Shown one piece after another: positions 29,098 through 37,998 of a stretch of 54,439 nucleotides of DNA; the first letter of the stretch is position 1; each line of letters opens with the position of its first letter. The DNA is from an uncultured Gammaproteobacteria bacterium (GTDB taxonomy: Bacteria; Patescibacteriota; Microgenomatia; UBA10105; UBA927). The stretch is taken from assembly GCA_964639945.1 (NCBI GenBank), contig CAZXHY010000003.1, positions 1 to 54,439 on the forward strand, in the 5' to 3' direction. Under the pieces are notes generated by a model. It did not search any database and had not been told where the DNA came from. It saw nothing but the letters and a program-made list of their open reading frames with translations. A program made the translations under genes and the position numbers.

Positions 29098-30123
29098 ATG
29101 AAATCATTACTCGGCTTAGACATAGGATCGCATAGTATAAAACTTATAGAGATCGCGAAGTCTGGATCAACAAACACACTGATTGCAGCAGGAAGTATAC
29201 CTACGCCACCCAAGGCGCTAAGTTCCCCACTTGATGGGGATAAGCAAGCCATAGCTGCAGCAATACGACAACTTATTCATGATACAGGTGCCAAATCAAG
29301 CTCTGTAGCATTAGCCCTACCTGAGTCGCAAGTGTTTACGCGGGTTATTCAGGTGCCCGCATTGTCGTCTAGAGAACTAACAAGCGCAATTTCTTGGGAA
29401 GCTGAGCAGTACATTCCACTTCCGCTAGATCAGGTCAATGTAGATTACTCTGTGCTCCGAGATGCAAAAGATACGGGTACAGATAAAATGGATGTGTTGC
29501 TCGTGGCCTGCCCCAAAACATTACTGGAGAAATATTTATCTATTATCGAACTTGCTGAGTTAATTCCCGTAGCTGCAGAAACAGAAATTATTGCGACCTC
29601 CAGAGCGCTCGTGCGATCGGTAGCGACAGTAAAGAACGCAGTGCTTCTTGTATCGCTAGGAGCGCAAACGACAGATTTGGCTATATTACGAGGTGGGGTT
29701 CTTGCATTTACGCGATCTATCGCAGCGGGCGGTGAGGCTCTTTCTCGAGCGCTTGTAGCTGGATTAGATTTTAATACATCTCAAGCAGAAGAATTTAAGC
29801 GAACATATGGACTAGAGCAGGATAAATTGCAAGGAAAAATTGTGAATGCGGTAAAACCAATTATGGATACAATTGTGGGTGAGATGAAACGAGCAATTGC
29901 GTTTTATACAGAAAAACATAAAGATGAACGAGTAGAAGCAGTGTTGCTTTCTGGTGGAACCGCAAAGCTTCCCGGAATGGTAGTGTATATTGCCCAAAGC
30001 TTGGGACTGGAGGCACAGTTAGCAAATCCTTGGGTAGGTATCACCCGAGATGCGAGGTTTCATGTTCTCGATACAGAAGGTCCGACATTTACCGTGTCTG
30101 TAGGATTAGCGCTTCGCGATTAA
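29098..30123 (+). CDS. pilM: Type IV pilus assembly protein PilM (actin-like ATPase fold)
   Basis: 341 aa. The MKSLLGLDIGSHSIKLIE start and the position before pilN/pilO are typical. Confidence 0.85.
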   Translation: MKSLLGLDIGSHSIKLIEIAKSGSTNTLIAAGSIPTPPKALSSPLDGDKQAIAAAIRQLIHDTGAKSSSVALALPESQVFTRVIQVPALSSRELTSAISWEAEQYIPLPLDQVNVDYSVLRDAKDTGTDKMDVLLVACPKTLLEKYLSIIELAELIPVAAETEIIATSRALVRSVATVKNAVLLVSLGAQTTDLAILRGGVLAFTRSIAAGGEALSRALVAGLDFNTSQAEEFKRTYGLEQDKLQGKIVNAVKPIMDTIVGEMKRAIAFYTEKHKDERVEAVLLSGGTAKLPGMVVYIAQSLGLEAQLANPWVGITRDARFHVLDTEGPTFTVSVGLALRD

Positions 30124-30157
30124 TCCTCGCCTAGTCTGCTTTATCCTCATATTATTT

Positions 30158-30706
30158 ATGGCGTCATCAGAAATAAACTTACTCAACAAGCGTGCAGTTT
30201 CAGGGCCAATGGGATTTATTACTGCAATAGAACCCAAAGTCCGTGTTGTGGCGTGGTGGGGTTTGCTTGGATTGCTCGGTGTTGGTATATTTCTCGGTTT
30301 GGCTTTTTTATTTGTGAATAGTAGATATCGCAGGTTGGAGGAACAAAAAATACAAATTACCCAGCAATTGAAAAACGCAGCAGCAAAGGAAGGGATAGTG
30401 GTTTCTTTAAAACAGCGAATCACAGTTGCACAGAAAGCGCTTGATGTCGCTCGGCCTTGGGGTAAACTGTTTCCATTACTTGGACAGATTGGACCAGTGA
30501 ATCAGTTTGTGACGCTTACTGTGGATGATTCGGGGCGAGTAAACACTATTATAGAAGTGCAATCTATCGACGAAGCCGTGCAGATTGTAACCAATACGAT
30601 AAATCTTTCGACCGAAAAAATGTTACGAAGTCCACAATTACTTTCATTTTCTCTCAGAGAGATCGGGACTGTGCAGCTGGGACTGTCATTTATACCTATA
30701 TTTTAA
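30158..30706 (+). CDS. pilN: PilN-like bitopic pilus alignment protein
   Basis: 182 aa. It has the short cytoplasmic N-terminus INLL motif (SSEINLLNK), a single TM and a coiled coil. Confidence 0.65.
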   Translation: MASSEINLLNKRAVSGPMGFITAIEPKVRVVAWWGLLGLLGVGIFLGLAFLFVNSRYRRLEEQKIQITQQLKNAAAKEGIVVSLKQRITVAQKALDVARPWGKLFPLLGQIGPVNQFVTLTVDDSGRVNTIIEVQSIDEAVQIVTNTINLSTEKMLRSPQLLSFSLREIGTVQLGLSFIPIF

Positions 30707-30708
30707 TT

Positions 30709-31449
30709 ATGAGAAGATCTGTACCAAAAGTTTTTCGCACCTATCAGGACCTTACCACATCGCTTTTGATTATTGCGTTTACTGTCATTGGAGTTTTTAT
30801 CGGCGTGTTGCCCGCGGCAAGAAAGATTCTCGGTCAGGCTGAAACCGGTCGTCAGTTGTCCATTCAGTTGGAGGTATTGCAAAAAAAATTAGATCTTCTC
30901 AATAGTCTAGATGAAGATTCACTACGCGCTGATTTGGCGACTGTTCTTGCAGCAGTGCCTGCAGATAAATCACTCCCGACAGTTTTTGCCACGGTTGAAG
31001 GATTGGCTGCGCAAGTAGGGGTTGGTATATTAGATCAAAATATTTCAGGAGTTGGAAGTGTAGCGTCGGGATCCGCGACGCAGACCGCATTGGAAAAGCA
31101 ATTAGGAACTCACATGTTACCGTTTAGCGTGACAGTGGAGGGTCCTGTATCTGCTATACAAGAGTTTATCGCACAAGCTTCAAGAGTTAGAAGATTACTT
31201 CGTTTGAAGACGTTCTCGATATCATTTCCGAAAGAGAATGAAATTCTTCGAGTCAATTTGCAAATGAATGCTTTTTATGAGCCATTCCCAACAAATTTAG
31301 GAAGTCTAACAAGTGCTATATCCCCTCTTAACGAAAAAGAGCAGGCTCTGGTTGTACAAATTGGCAACTTTCCTCTCTTAGCTCAAGGTGGCGGCGCGTT
31401 ACCACTTCCTGCGATAGGCGTCGCTAAACAGAATCCTTTCGCTCCATAA
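30709..31449 (+). CDS. pilO: PilO-like bitopic pilus alignment protein
   Basis: 246 aa with a single N-terminal TM and a coiled coil, positioned after pilN. Confidence 0.55.
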   Translation: MRRSVPKVFRTYQDLTTSLLIIAFTVIGVFIGVLPAARKILGQAETGRQLSIQLEVLQKKLDLLNSLDEDSLRADLATVLAAVPADKSLPTVFATVEGLAAQVGVGILDQNISGVGSVASGSATQTALEKQLGTHMLPFSVTVEGPVSAIQEFIAQASRVRRLLRLKTFSISFPKENEILRVNLQMNAFYEPFPTNLGSLTSAISPLNEKEQALVVQIGNFPLLAQGGGALPLPAIGVAKQNPFAP

Positions 31450-32116
31450 GGTCTGGTCTTCGGTTGATGGTCTTTTTTGTGGCTTCCTCTCTCCTCCATG
31501 TATCGATAACCTTATGATTTCCTGAAAGTAACACTTTAGGCACTGATAGGTTTTTGTAAACTTCCGGCCGTGTGTACTGTGGATATTCCAAAAGATTTTC
31601 GCTGAAAGACTCGTGGATTGTGGCGTCTGCCTTTGATAAAACGTTTGGTAAAAGTCTAGTCACACTGTCGACGATTACCATGGCAGGTATCTCTCCCCCT
31701 GTGAGTACATAGTCACCTATAGAAATTTCTTCAGATACGAGATTCCTAACTCGTTCATCTACTCCTTCGTAATGTCCACAAATCAATATTAGATGGTCAA
31801 TTGACGCGAATTTGTGAGCCTTGGCTTGTGTATACGGAGTTCCTTGTGGATCCATAAGCACTATATGAGCTTTCTTTCCTCGCACGGATTTTTTTGCTGC
31901 CAAAATTGCACGATCGACTATATCTACGCGAAGGATCATGCCTGTACCACCCCCGTAAGGATGATGATCGACACTTTTATAGGCATCTGTAGAAAAATCT
32001 CGTAAATTGAAGTATTGTAGTGTGATCTGATTTTTGGCGCGTGCACGTTTTATAATAGAAGCTCCAAATGGACCATCAAACATATCTGGAAATAGCGTGA
32101 GAATAGAAATAGTCAT
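31424..32116 (-). CDS. trmD: tRNA (guanine37-N1)-methyltransferase
   Basis: 230 aa. Motifs are MTISILTLFPDMF, HPYGGGTGMIL, ICGHYEGVDERV and DYVLTGGE. Confidence 0.95.
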   Translation of the reverse strand: MTISILTLFPDMFDGPFGASIIKRARAKNQITLQYFNLRDFSTDAYKSVDHHPYGGGTGMILRVDIVDRAILAAKKSVRGKKAHIVLMDPQGTPYTQAKAHKFASIDHLILICGHYEGVDERVRNLVSEEISIGDYVLTGGEIPAMVIVDSVTRLLPNVLSKADATIHESFSENLLEYPQYTRPEVYKNLSVPKVLLSGNHKVIDTWRREEATKKTINRRPDLMERKDSV

Positions 32117-32134
32117 AACAGTACAAATTTGGTA

Positions 32135-32398
32135 TTAGCTATTTGCGGGTTCTTCAGCTGGGGGTGTTTCTTCAAAAAGAGTGACATCTATATAGCAGTT
32201 CTGTTTGACTGCGATAATCTTCATAAGGTCACGAATTGCTTTTATGATACGACCGCTTTTTCCGATAATTTGGCCCATATCGTCCGCGTGAACATGAATC
32301 GTAAGCACTGTGGTTTCTCCGTCCATGGTCTCATCTATAACGACACTTTCAGGGTGATCAACAATAGCAGAGACAAGATAATGAAGGGTATCTTTCAT
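32135..32398 (-). CDS. KH-domain RNA-binding protein (YlqC/UPF0109 family)
   Basis: The start is trimmed to the ATG at 32398 (ATGA overlap with the rpsP stop). It has the GQIIGKSGRIIKAIR GxxG KH motif and the conserved position between rpsP and trmD. Confidence 0.85.
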   Translation of the reverse strand: MKDTLHYLVSAIVDHPESVVIDETMDGETTVLTIHVHADDMGQIIGKSGRIIKAIRDLMKIIAVKQNCYIDVTLFEETPPAEEPANS

Positions 32399-32628
32399 GA
32401 AGGTTTGACGATAAGTTTGGCGACACCATTGGTTACAACTGCACCTTTGGATACCCAATAATCTACACGTGCTTGATCGAGCTTCATTTCAGCTGGTTTG
32501 ACTTGTGGATTATAAAATCCCAGAATTTCGACTGGTTTCCCATTGCGTCTTTTGCCTTCTTCTATGGCAACGATACGGAACATTCGTCGATTTCTGGCGC
32601 CTGTTTGTGCTAAACGAATTTTTAACAT
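32395..32628 (-). CDS. rpsP: 30S ribosomal protein S16
   Basis: The start is trimmed to the ATG at 32628 (MLKIRLAQTGARNRRMFRIVA...). 77 aa. Confidence 0.93.
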   Translation of the reverse strand: MLKIRLAQTGARNRRMFRIVAIEEGKRRNGKPVEILGFYNPQVKPAEMKLDQARVDYWVSKGAVVTNGVAKLIVKPS

Positions 32629-32641
32629 GTAGGATATTGTA

Positions 32642-33328
32642 TCACGCTTTGGGGTACTTCTCAAGGCCACTGGCTGCCGCGTTTTGTTCAGCCTCTTGTT
32701 TGGACTTCCCACGACCCGATCCAATGGTTTTATCCCCTACTACCACCTCTACCCAAAACACCTTGTCATGATCCGGACCTTCACTTTTTACTACTTTATA
32801 CGTAGGTGAGAGCTTGTTTATGCCTTGAGTAAGCTCTTGGAGTAGACTCTTGTAGTCTACGTAGCTTTTTGTCTCGATAATCGTTGCTGTTTTAGGAAAT
32901 AGTACAGTGGAGAGAAATGTCGTTGCGACCTCTACACCTTGATCTAAATAAATTGCCCCTAAAAGTGCTTCAAAGCAGTCAGCGAGTAAGGAACCATTTT
33001 GCCTACCACCCGACGATTCCTCCCCCCTACTTAGCAGGAGTAAATCTCCTAATTGCAGGGTTGTGGCAACATCGCCAAGGCTTTGCGTTTTTACCAATGT
33101 GGACCGAATGTTGGTCAGAATTCCCTCAGGAAATTTGGGATACTCGCGATATAGAAATTGTGACGTGCAAAATGACAACACTGCATCTCCTAGAAATTCT
33201 AGTCGTTCGTTAGAGTGGAGGAATTCTTTGGACTCGTTAAGATATGAGCGATGTACAAAAGCCTGTTTGAGCAGTGATTGTTCGTGGAACGTGATACCGA
33301 TTTGAGCCTGTAAATCTTCGAGTGTCAT
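32642..33328 (-). CDS. rnc: Ribonuclease III
   Basis: 228 aa. It has the signature ERLEFLGDAVL and a C-terminal dsRBD (G.G.SKQEAEQ.AA). Confidence 0.95.
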   Translation of the reverse strand: MTLEDLQAQIGITFHEQSLLKQAFVHRSYLNESKEFLHSNERLEFLGDAVLSFCTSQFLYREYPKFPEGILTNIRSTLVKTQSLGDVATTLQLGDLLLLSRGEESSGGRQNGSLLADCFEALLGAIYLDQGVEVATTFLSTVLFPKTATIIETKSYVDYKSLLQELTQGINKLSPTYKVVKSEGPDHDKVFWVEVVVGDKTIGSGRGKSKQEAEQNAAASGLEKYPKA

Positions 33329-33672
33329 AGGTGTTTGAGTACGGTGCCAAGGACTCCATTTATAAATTGAGCGCTATGTTCGTTTCCAAATGATTTAGCA
33401 AGCTCTACCGCTTCATCAATGACTACTTTGGGAGGTTCTTTTTTCCCAAATGCCAATTCCCATACCGACAATCGTAAAATTGAAAGATCGATTTTTGATA
33501 TTTTGTCTATTGGCCACTCTGGTGCTGCACGAACAATCTCTTCATCTACGAGTGGGAGTTGATCGATGATTGGGGCGATAGATTTGGTAGTTTTGGTTCT
33601 GAAGCTGTAGCTAAATAGAAGTTGCATCTGCTTGATGCGTCTAACGTGTCGAGGATCTTGGGCCGTTTTCAT
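33325..33672 (-). CDS. nusB: NusB-like transcription antitermination factor (short)
   Basis: 115 aa. It shows an R..RR.A.Q.L-type N-terminus and the C-terminal VIDEAVELAK.FG.....FINGVLG pattern. Confidence 0.75.
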   Translation of the reverse strand: MKTAQDPRHVRRIKQMQLLFSYSFRTKTTKSIAPIIDQLPLVDEEIVRAAPEWPIDKISKIDLSILRLSVWELAFGKKEPPKVVIDEAVELAKSFGNEHSAQFINGVLGTVLKHL

Positions 33673-33739
33673 GAATACTCATTCAAAAGTATCAAACGCA
33701 TCAAAAAGTGCTTTTTGAAGCCTGTGACACCTTTTAAGG

Positions 33740-33943
33740 TTATTTTGACTTTTTCTTGGTCTTCACCTTTTTTATCACTACTGCTTTTCCGCCGTAGAAA
33801 CCACAATTGCCACATACTCGATGTGGAAGTCTAAGACTACCGCAATTTGCGCATGTCATAGAAAGTGGCAGTGTTAATTTCAGCGCTGCGCGTCGTTTGC
33901 CTTGTCGTCGTGTCGAATGTTTGCGTTTCGGTAGTGGTGCCAT
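33740..33943 (-). CDS. rpmF: 50S ribosomal protein L32
   Basis: 67 aa. It starts MAPLPKRKHSTRRQGKRRA and has the zinc-ribbon Cys pairs CANCG...CGNCG. Confidence 0.9.
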   Translation of the reverse strand: MAPLPKRKHSTRRQGKRRAALKLTLPLSMTCANCGSLRLPHRVCGNCGFYGGKAVVIKKVKTKKKSK

Positions 33944-33945
33944 AG

Positions 33946-35988
33946 TTAACTCGCTATAGAAGCAATTTTACTCTGTTTTAGCTCTGCCCTCAAGAGGGGA
34001 AACGATTCTAAGGTAAAATCGTGGCTAGTAAGTGTATGTATCGCGCGGCGAACTTCGGCGATAAGTGCGCCATCGGTGATTTGTGCTACCTTCAAATTGG
34101 GTATACCGTGTTGGGCGGTTCCATAGATTTCTCCTGGTCCTCGGAGTACTAGATCCAGCTCGGCAAGTTCTGGACCATTGTGGATGGTTTCCATAGCTTT
34201 GAGGCGTTTGAGGGTCAGATCCTGCGCGCTTTCGGTAAATAATAAGCAATAGGAGTCTAAGTCGCTTCTCCCTACACGACCTCGGAGTTGATGTAATTGT
34301 GAGAGGCCAAATCGATCTGCTGCCTCTATAACCATGATGGTTGCATTGGGTATATCTATCCCAACTTCGACTACTGGAGTGCTGACGAGTACATCTATTT
34401 TTTTATTGCGGAAGTTATCTAAAATAGCTGTTTTTTCTTTTGGCTTGAGTCTGCCATGCAAGAGCCCTACCGAAAGCTTTGGAAACACTTTCGTAAGATG
34501 TTCATATTCTGTTTTGGCGGCTTTTACCGTGGAAAGAGTTTCTGACTCGTCTATCAGTGGACACACCACGAAACATTGTGACTGGTGTTGTTCTATTTCT
34601 TTTTGTATCCAGCTATACGCGCCTGTTCGTTTTTCTTGTGGAACGACCCATGTTTTGATTTGCTTTCTCCCTTGTGGAGCGGTAGCAAGGACTGACAAGT
34701 CGAGATTGCCAAAAATAACCTGCGCAATTGTGCGGGGTATAGGGGTGGCTGTCATGGTCAATACATGTGGCATATCGTTTTTGGGATACTGTTGTTGCAA
34801 CTGTCCTCTCTGGGCTACACCAAATCGTTGTTGTTCGTCGATTGCAATCAGGCTAACTTGCGGGAATGAAAGGCTAGCAGCAAGAAGTGCATGGGTTCCG
34901 ACGTATATACCGACCTTTGTTGTGTCGGGATTTTTGACTCCTCCTACGATAAGCTGGATTGGTATGTTGTACTGCGAAAGCAGCTGAGTGAGGGTGTTTG
35001 CGTGTTGTTGCGCAAGAATTTGTGTGGGAGCCAGCAGTATCGATGATCGTTTGTGAGCAAATGCTGCATACATGGCAATCGCTGCAACTACTGTTTTTCC
35101 AGACCCGACATCTCCCTCCAGAAGCCTGTTCATAGGAATCTCAGACGCCATGTCTCGCAGTATTTCAGATACTGCATTTTGTTGGTCGCGAGTCAGCTCA
35201 AAAGGAAGTTTTTGCAATACTGAAGAGGTGGTTTTAGCAGAAAGTGATAGTGGTTTTGTAGAAAACTCTGTTTGCCATTTTCGTTTTTGTTCATATCCCG
35301 AAAGGACTAGGTAGAATAACTCTTCAAAAGCTAGTCGCCTCCTCGCAAGTGTTCCCATCTCAAGCGTTGTCGGGAAATGAATCTCTGCTATGGCATCAGA
35401 AAGCGCGAGGAGCTTGTGACGTTCACGAATTTCTGGGGGAAGCGTATCGACAAGAAGATTCTTGCATTCGCTTACAAGAAACGCGATGCGACCCCTCAGC
35501 CACTTGGAAGACACGCCTTCTGTCTCAGAATACACAGGAACAATTCTTCCAGTATGGAGCGATGGATTGTCGGGGTCACCTGATACTTTTTCGTATTCAG
35601 GAGAAAGCATGACTTTTTTTGGTCCAAACCACCCTACTTGACCTGAAAGATACACAATGTCACCACTTTTGAGAAGTTTCGGCAAGTAGATTTGATTAAA
35701 CCATGTAACCTCTATACTTCCGCTACTATCTGATACGACACCCATCTGCAGGCGTTTACCAGTTTTGGTGAAAACATTTTTTATCGATTCTACCGTCGCT
35801 TTTACGGTGACAGTCTCCCCTATTTGTACACGTTTAATTTGCGAAATGACCGAATAATCGTTATAGCGAAATGGGATATGTGTAAGGAGGTCATATACTG
35901 TATGAATGCCTAGGATATCCAGTTTACTTGCCATAGCAGGTCCCACACGAGGGACGTACTGTATAGGTGAGGTGAGATTTAGATCCAT
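33946..35988 (-). CDS. recG: ATP-dependent DNA helicase RecG
   Basis: 680 aa with a wedge/OB N-terminus, Walker A GDVGSGKT, the DEQQRFG box and the QLRGRVGR motif VI. Confidence 0.93.
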   Translation of the reverse strand: MDLNLTSPIQYVPRVGPAMASKLDILGIHTVYDLLTHIPFRYNDYSVISQIKRVQIGETVTVKATVESIKNVFTKTGKRLQMGVVSDSSGSIEVTWFNQIYLPKLLKSGDIVYLSGQVGWFGPKKVMLSPEYEKVSGDPDNPSLHTGRIVPVYSETEGVSSKWLRGRIAFLVSECKNLLVDTLPPEIRERHKLLALSDAIAEIHFPTTLEMGTLARRRLAFEELFYLVLSGYEQKRKWQTEFSTKPLSLSAKTTSSVLQKLPFELTRDQQNAVSEILRDMASEIPMNRLLEGDVGSGKTVVAAIAMYAAFAHKRSSILLAPTQILAQQHANTLTQLLSQYNIPIQLIVGGVKNPDTTKVGIYVGTHALLAASLSFPQVSLIAIDEQQRFGVAQRGQLQQQYPKNDMPHVLTMTATPIPRTIAQVIFGNLDLSVLATAPQGRKQIKTWVVPQEKRTGAYSWIQKEIEQHQSQCFVVCPLIDESETLSTVKAAKTEYEHLTKVFPKLSVGLLHGRLKPKEKTAILDNFRNKKIDVLVSTPVVEVGIDIPNATIMVIEAADRFGLSQLHQLRGRVGRSDLDSYCLLFTESAQDLTLKRLKAMETIHNGPELAELDLVLRGPGEIYGTAQHGIPNLKVAQITDGALIAEVRRAIHTLTSHDFTLESFPLLRAELKQSKIASIAS

Positions 35989-36012
35989 GAGGACATTATA
36001 CGCGTGTGGTCG

Positions 36013-36489
36013 CTACCACGTAAGGCCTTTACGTTGGGCGGTTAAGGCGGTGATAGAAAGCAGGTGTAAATATAAACCCCCTCTACCTACTTTTACGCCC
36101 ATGGCAGCATGTAAGTGTTTTACCCCATCGATAACAGCCTCGATTATAGGTGTACGTGCGGGAGATATGTTTACTGGGCCTGGTATGTTTGATCGAATAG
36201 TAAAACCAACGGAGTGTATGTATCGTTTGTCGTGTGCCACAAGCATTGGCTCAAGATTCATAGATCGACCTTGATACATAAATGAGGGTAGTCTGTCTTT
36301 GATCTGTATGGGCAATCGGCTGAGATTTTGTGCAATTTTTTCATCTTCGCCGGGGTTTTGGCCGAAGCTGAGATAGAGATCTAAGCCAAGTCTATGCAGT
36401 CCTCTACCTCCAATTTCGTGGAGCGTAAATAAGTCTTTTCCTGCGTGTTTATACACATATGTTACCAGTGCTTCTTTTGTGCCACTCAT
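36013..36489 (-). CDS. Hypothetical protein
   Basis: 158-aa ORF with a few His-containing stretches (LHEIGGRGLHRLGLD, GGLYLH) that are not diagnostic. Confidence 0.5.
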   Translation of the reverse strand: MSGTKEALVTYVYKHAGKDLFTLHEIGGRGLHRLGLDLYLSFGQNPGEDEKIAQNLSRLPIQIKDRLPSFMYQGRSMNLEPMLVAHDKRYIHSVGFTIRSNIPGPVNISPARTPIIEAVIDGVKHLHAAMGVKVGRGGLYLHLLSITALTAQRKGLTW

Positions 36490-36538
36490 AGACAGGTAAT
36501 TATATCAGAAATATATACTATAGGCTATATAGTAGCCT

Positions 36539-36649
36539 TTACTGTAGTCCACCGGCAAGAAGCGGGACAAATGAGGAAGCAACCAATGCAATGGATGCGA
36601 TGATAACGATTACTTTCCAAATTTTTTCGTGTTTTCGAAAGAAATTCAT
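36539..36649 (-). CDS. Candidate 36-aa single-TM micro-protein
   Basis: Not in the track. Hand translation gives MNFFRKHEKIWKVIVIIASIALVASSFVPLLAGGLQ*. The ATG is 2 nt after the tyrS stop, with GGAAAATAAT upstream. Confidence 0.35.
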   Translation of the reverse strand: MNFFRKHEKIWKVIVIIASIALVASSFVPLLAGGLQ

Positions 36650-36650
36650 A

Positions 36651-37904
36651 TTATTTTCCTATTTTAACTGCTTTTTTCCCAACAGTAAATATAAGACCTT
36701 CATGCTTTGGTGGGATTTCTTTTGGATTTGTCACAACATATTTAAGGGTTTTTCCTATTGCTGTTGCATTAGTGGTGACAGTTTTCATCAACTCGACTGG
36801 ACCTGCGATACCAGTTGCGCCTGATATGATAAGTCTCCTAGCATCTGAGTTGCTTTTGGCAAACCCTGCTTTAACTGACATGTCCATGTAATTATCATTA
36901 TCTTCGAATTTTACCGTCTCAAGAATCGCATTCTGTAGGTCGTTATTTTGATATCTAATTTTATAATCTGATTCTGCGATAGCAGCTTCGGCTTCCGAGA
37001 AAAGTGATTGTGTTAATTTAAATGCTAAATTAAGTTTAAATGTCATTGGACTGTCAACATTTTTTTCCATACTCTTTTTTATTATTTCAATTTCTTCTAA
37101 AGGCGTGTCGGTCAATAATGTAAAGCATGGAATGATTGTATCGTCACCTAACTCCATTATTTTTCGATAAAAATCTATTGGTTCATCGGTAAGTCCTATG
37201 ACATTTCCTTCGGTTTTTCCAATCTTTACTCCTTTGGAATCCGCAAGAAGTGGCGTGGTCATAACAAACTTCTCTTTGCCGAGCATGTTTTTGACCAATG
37301 TGCGTCCTGCAAGCATGTTGAACGTTTGATCAGATCCACCCAGTTCTAGATCCACCTCCATCGCTACAGAATCATAGCCTTGCAAAAGTGGGTATAAAAA
37401 TTCGCGAAGATTTATCGGGTCTCCTGCTTTCATGCGGACCTGATACATATCCCGCTCTATCATTTGTTGCACAGTGAAATTTTGCGCAATATTGAGGATG
37501 TCTTCGAGCGTAAGTTTAGTCAGCCAGTCGCCGTTGTAGAGAATTTCTACAGGGTTTTCTCCATCAAATCTTACTATTTTTGACGCCTGCATAAGATATG
37601 CTTTGGCATTTTCACGGAGTTCTTCTCGAGACATAAATCGTCCTCGAGCCTTCATCTTTCCCGATGGATCACCAGCTAGGCCCGTTCCGTCGCCAACTAA
37701 GAAAATAACTTTGTGACCGAGGTCTTGCCATTGTCGTAGTTTTCGAAATCCTACCGCATGCCCTACGTGGAGCTGAGTGCCTGTGGGATCAAACCCTTGG
37801 TAGAGTTTAAGTTTTTTTCCGCTTCGTAATACTTTTTCTAAAGCGTCGCGCGTTGGGTATATTGTGTCGACACCGCGTGTAAGTAATATATCTATTGCAT
37901 CCAT
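36651..37904 (-). CDS. tyrS: Tyrosine--tRNA ligase
   Basis: 417 aa. It has the HIGH motif HVGHAVG, the KMSKS variant KIGKTEGN and a C-terminal S4-like domain. Confidence 0.93.
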   Translation of the reverse strand: MDAIDILLTRGVDTIYPTRDALEKVLRSGKKLKLYQGFDPTGTQLHVGHAVGFRKLRQWQDLGHKVIFLVGDGTGLAGDPSGKMKARGRFMSREELRENAKAYLMQASKIVRFDGENPVEILYNGDWLTKLTLEDILNIAQNFTVQQMIERDMYQVRMKAGDPINLREFLYPLLQGYDSVAMEVDLELGGSDQTFNMLAGRTLVKNMLGKEKFVMTTPLLADSKGVKIGKTEGNVIGLTDEPIDFYRKIMELGDDTIIPCFTLLTDTPLEEIEIIKKSMEKNVDSPMTFKLNLAFKLTQSLFSEAEAAIAESDYKIRYQNNDLQNAILETVKFEDNDNYMDMSVKAGFAKSNSDARRLIISGATGIAGPVELMKTVTTNATAIGKTLKYVVTNPKEIPPKHEGLIFTVGKKAVKIGK

Positions 37905-37961
37905 ATTTCCATTTTACTATACCATACTGTGCGCATGGCAGACCACTCTAGTCATAGAAGT

Positions 37962-37990
37962 TTGTCAGATCGTTGATTGCTCGTTACAAT
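37962..37990 (+). promoter_or_regulatory. Putative promoter of the PBP gene (TTGTCA - 17 nt - TACAAT)
   Basis: -35 at 37962-37967 and -10 at 37985-37990, only 8 nt before the ATG at 37999. If used, the mRNA is near-leaderless. Confidence 0.3.
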
Positions 37991-37998
37991 AGGAGAGT

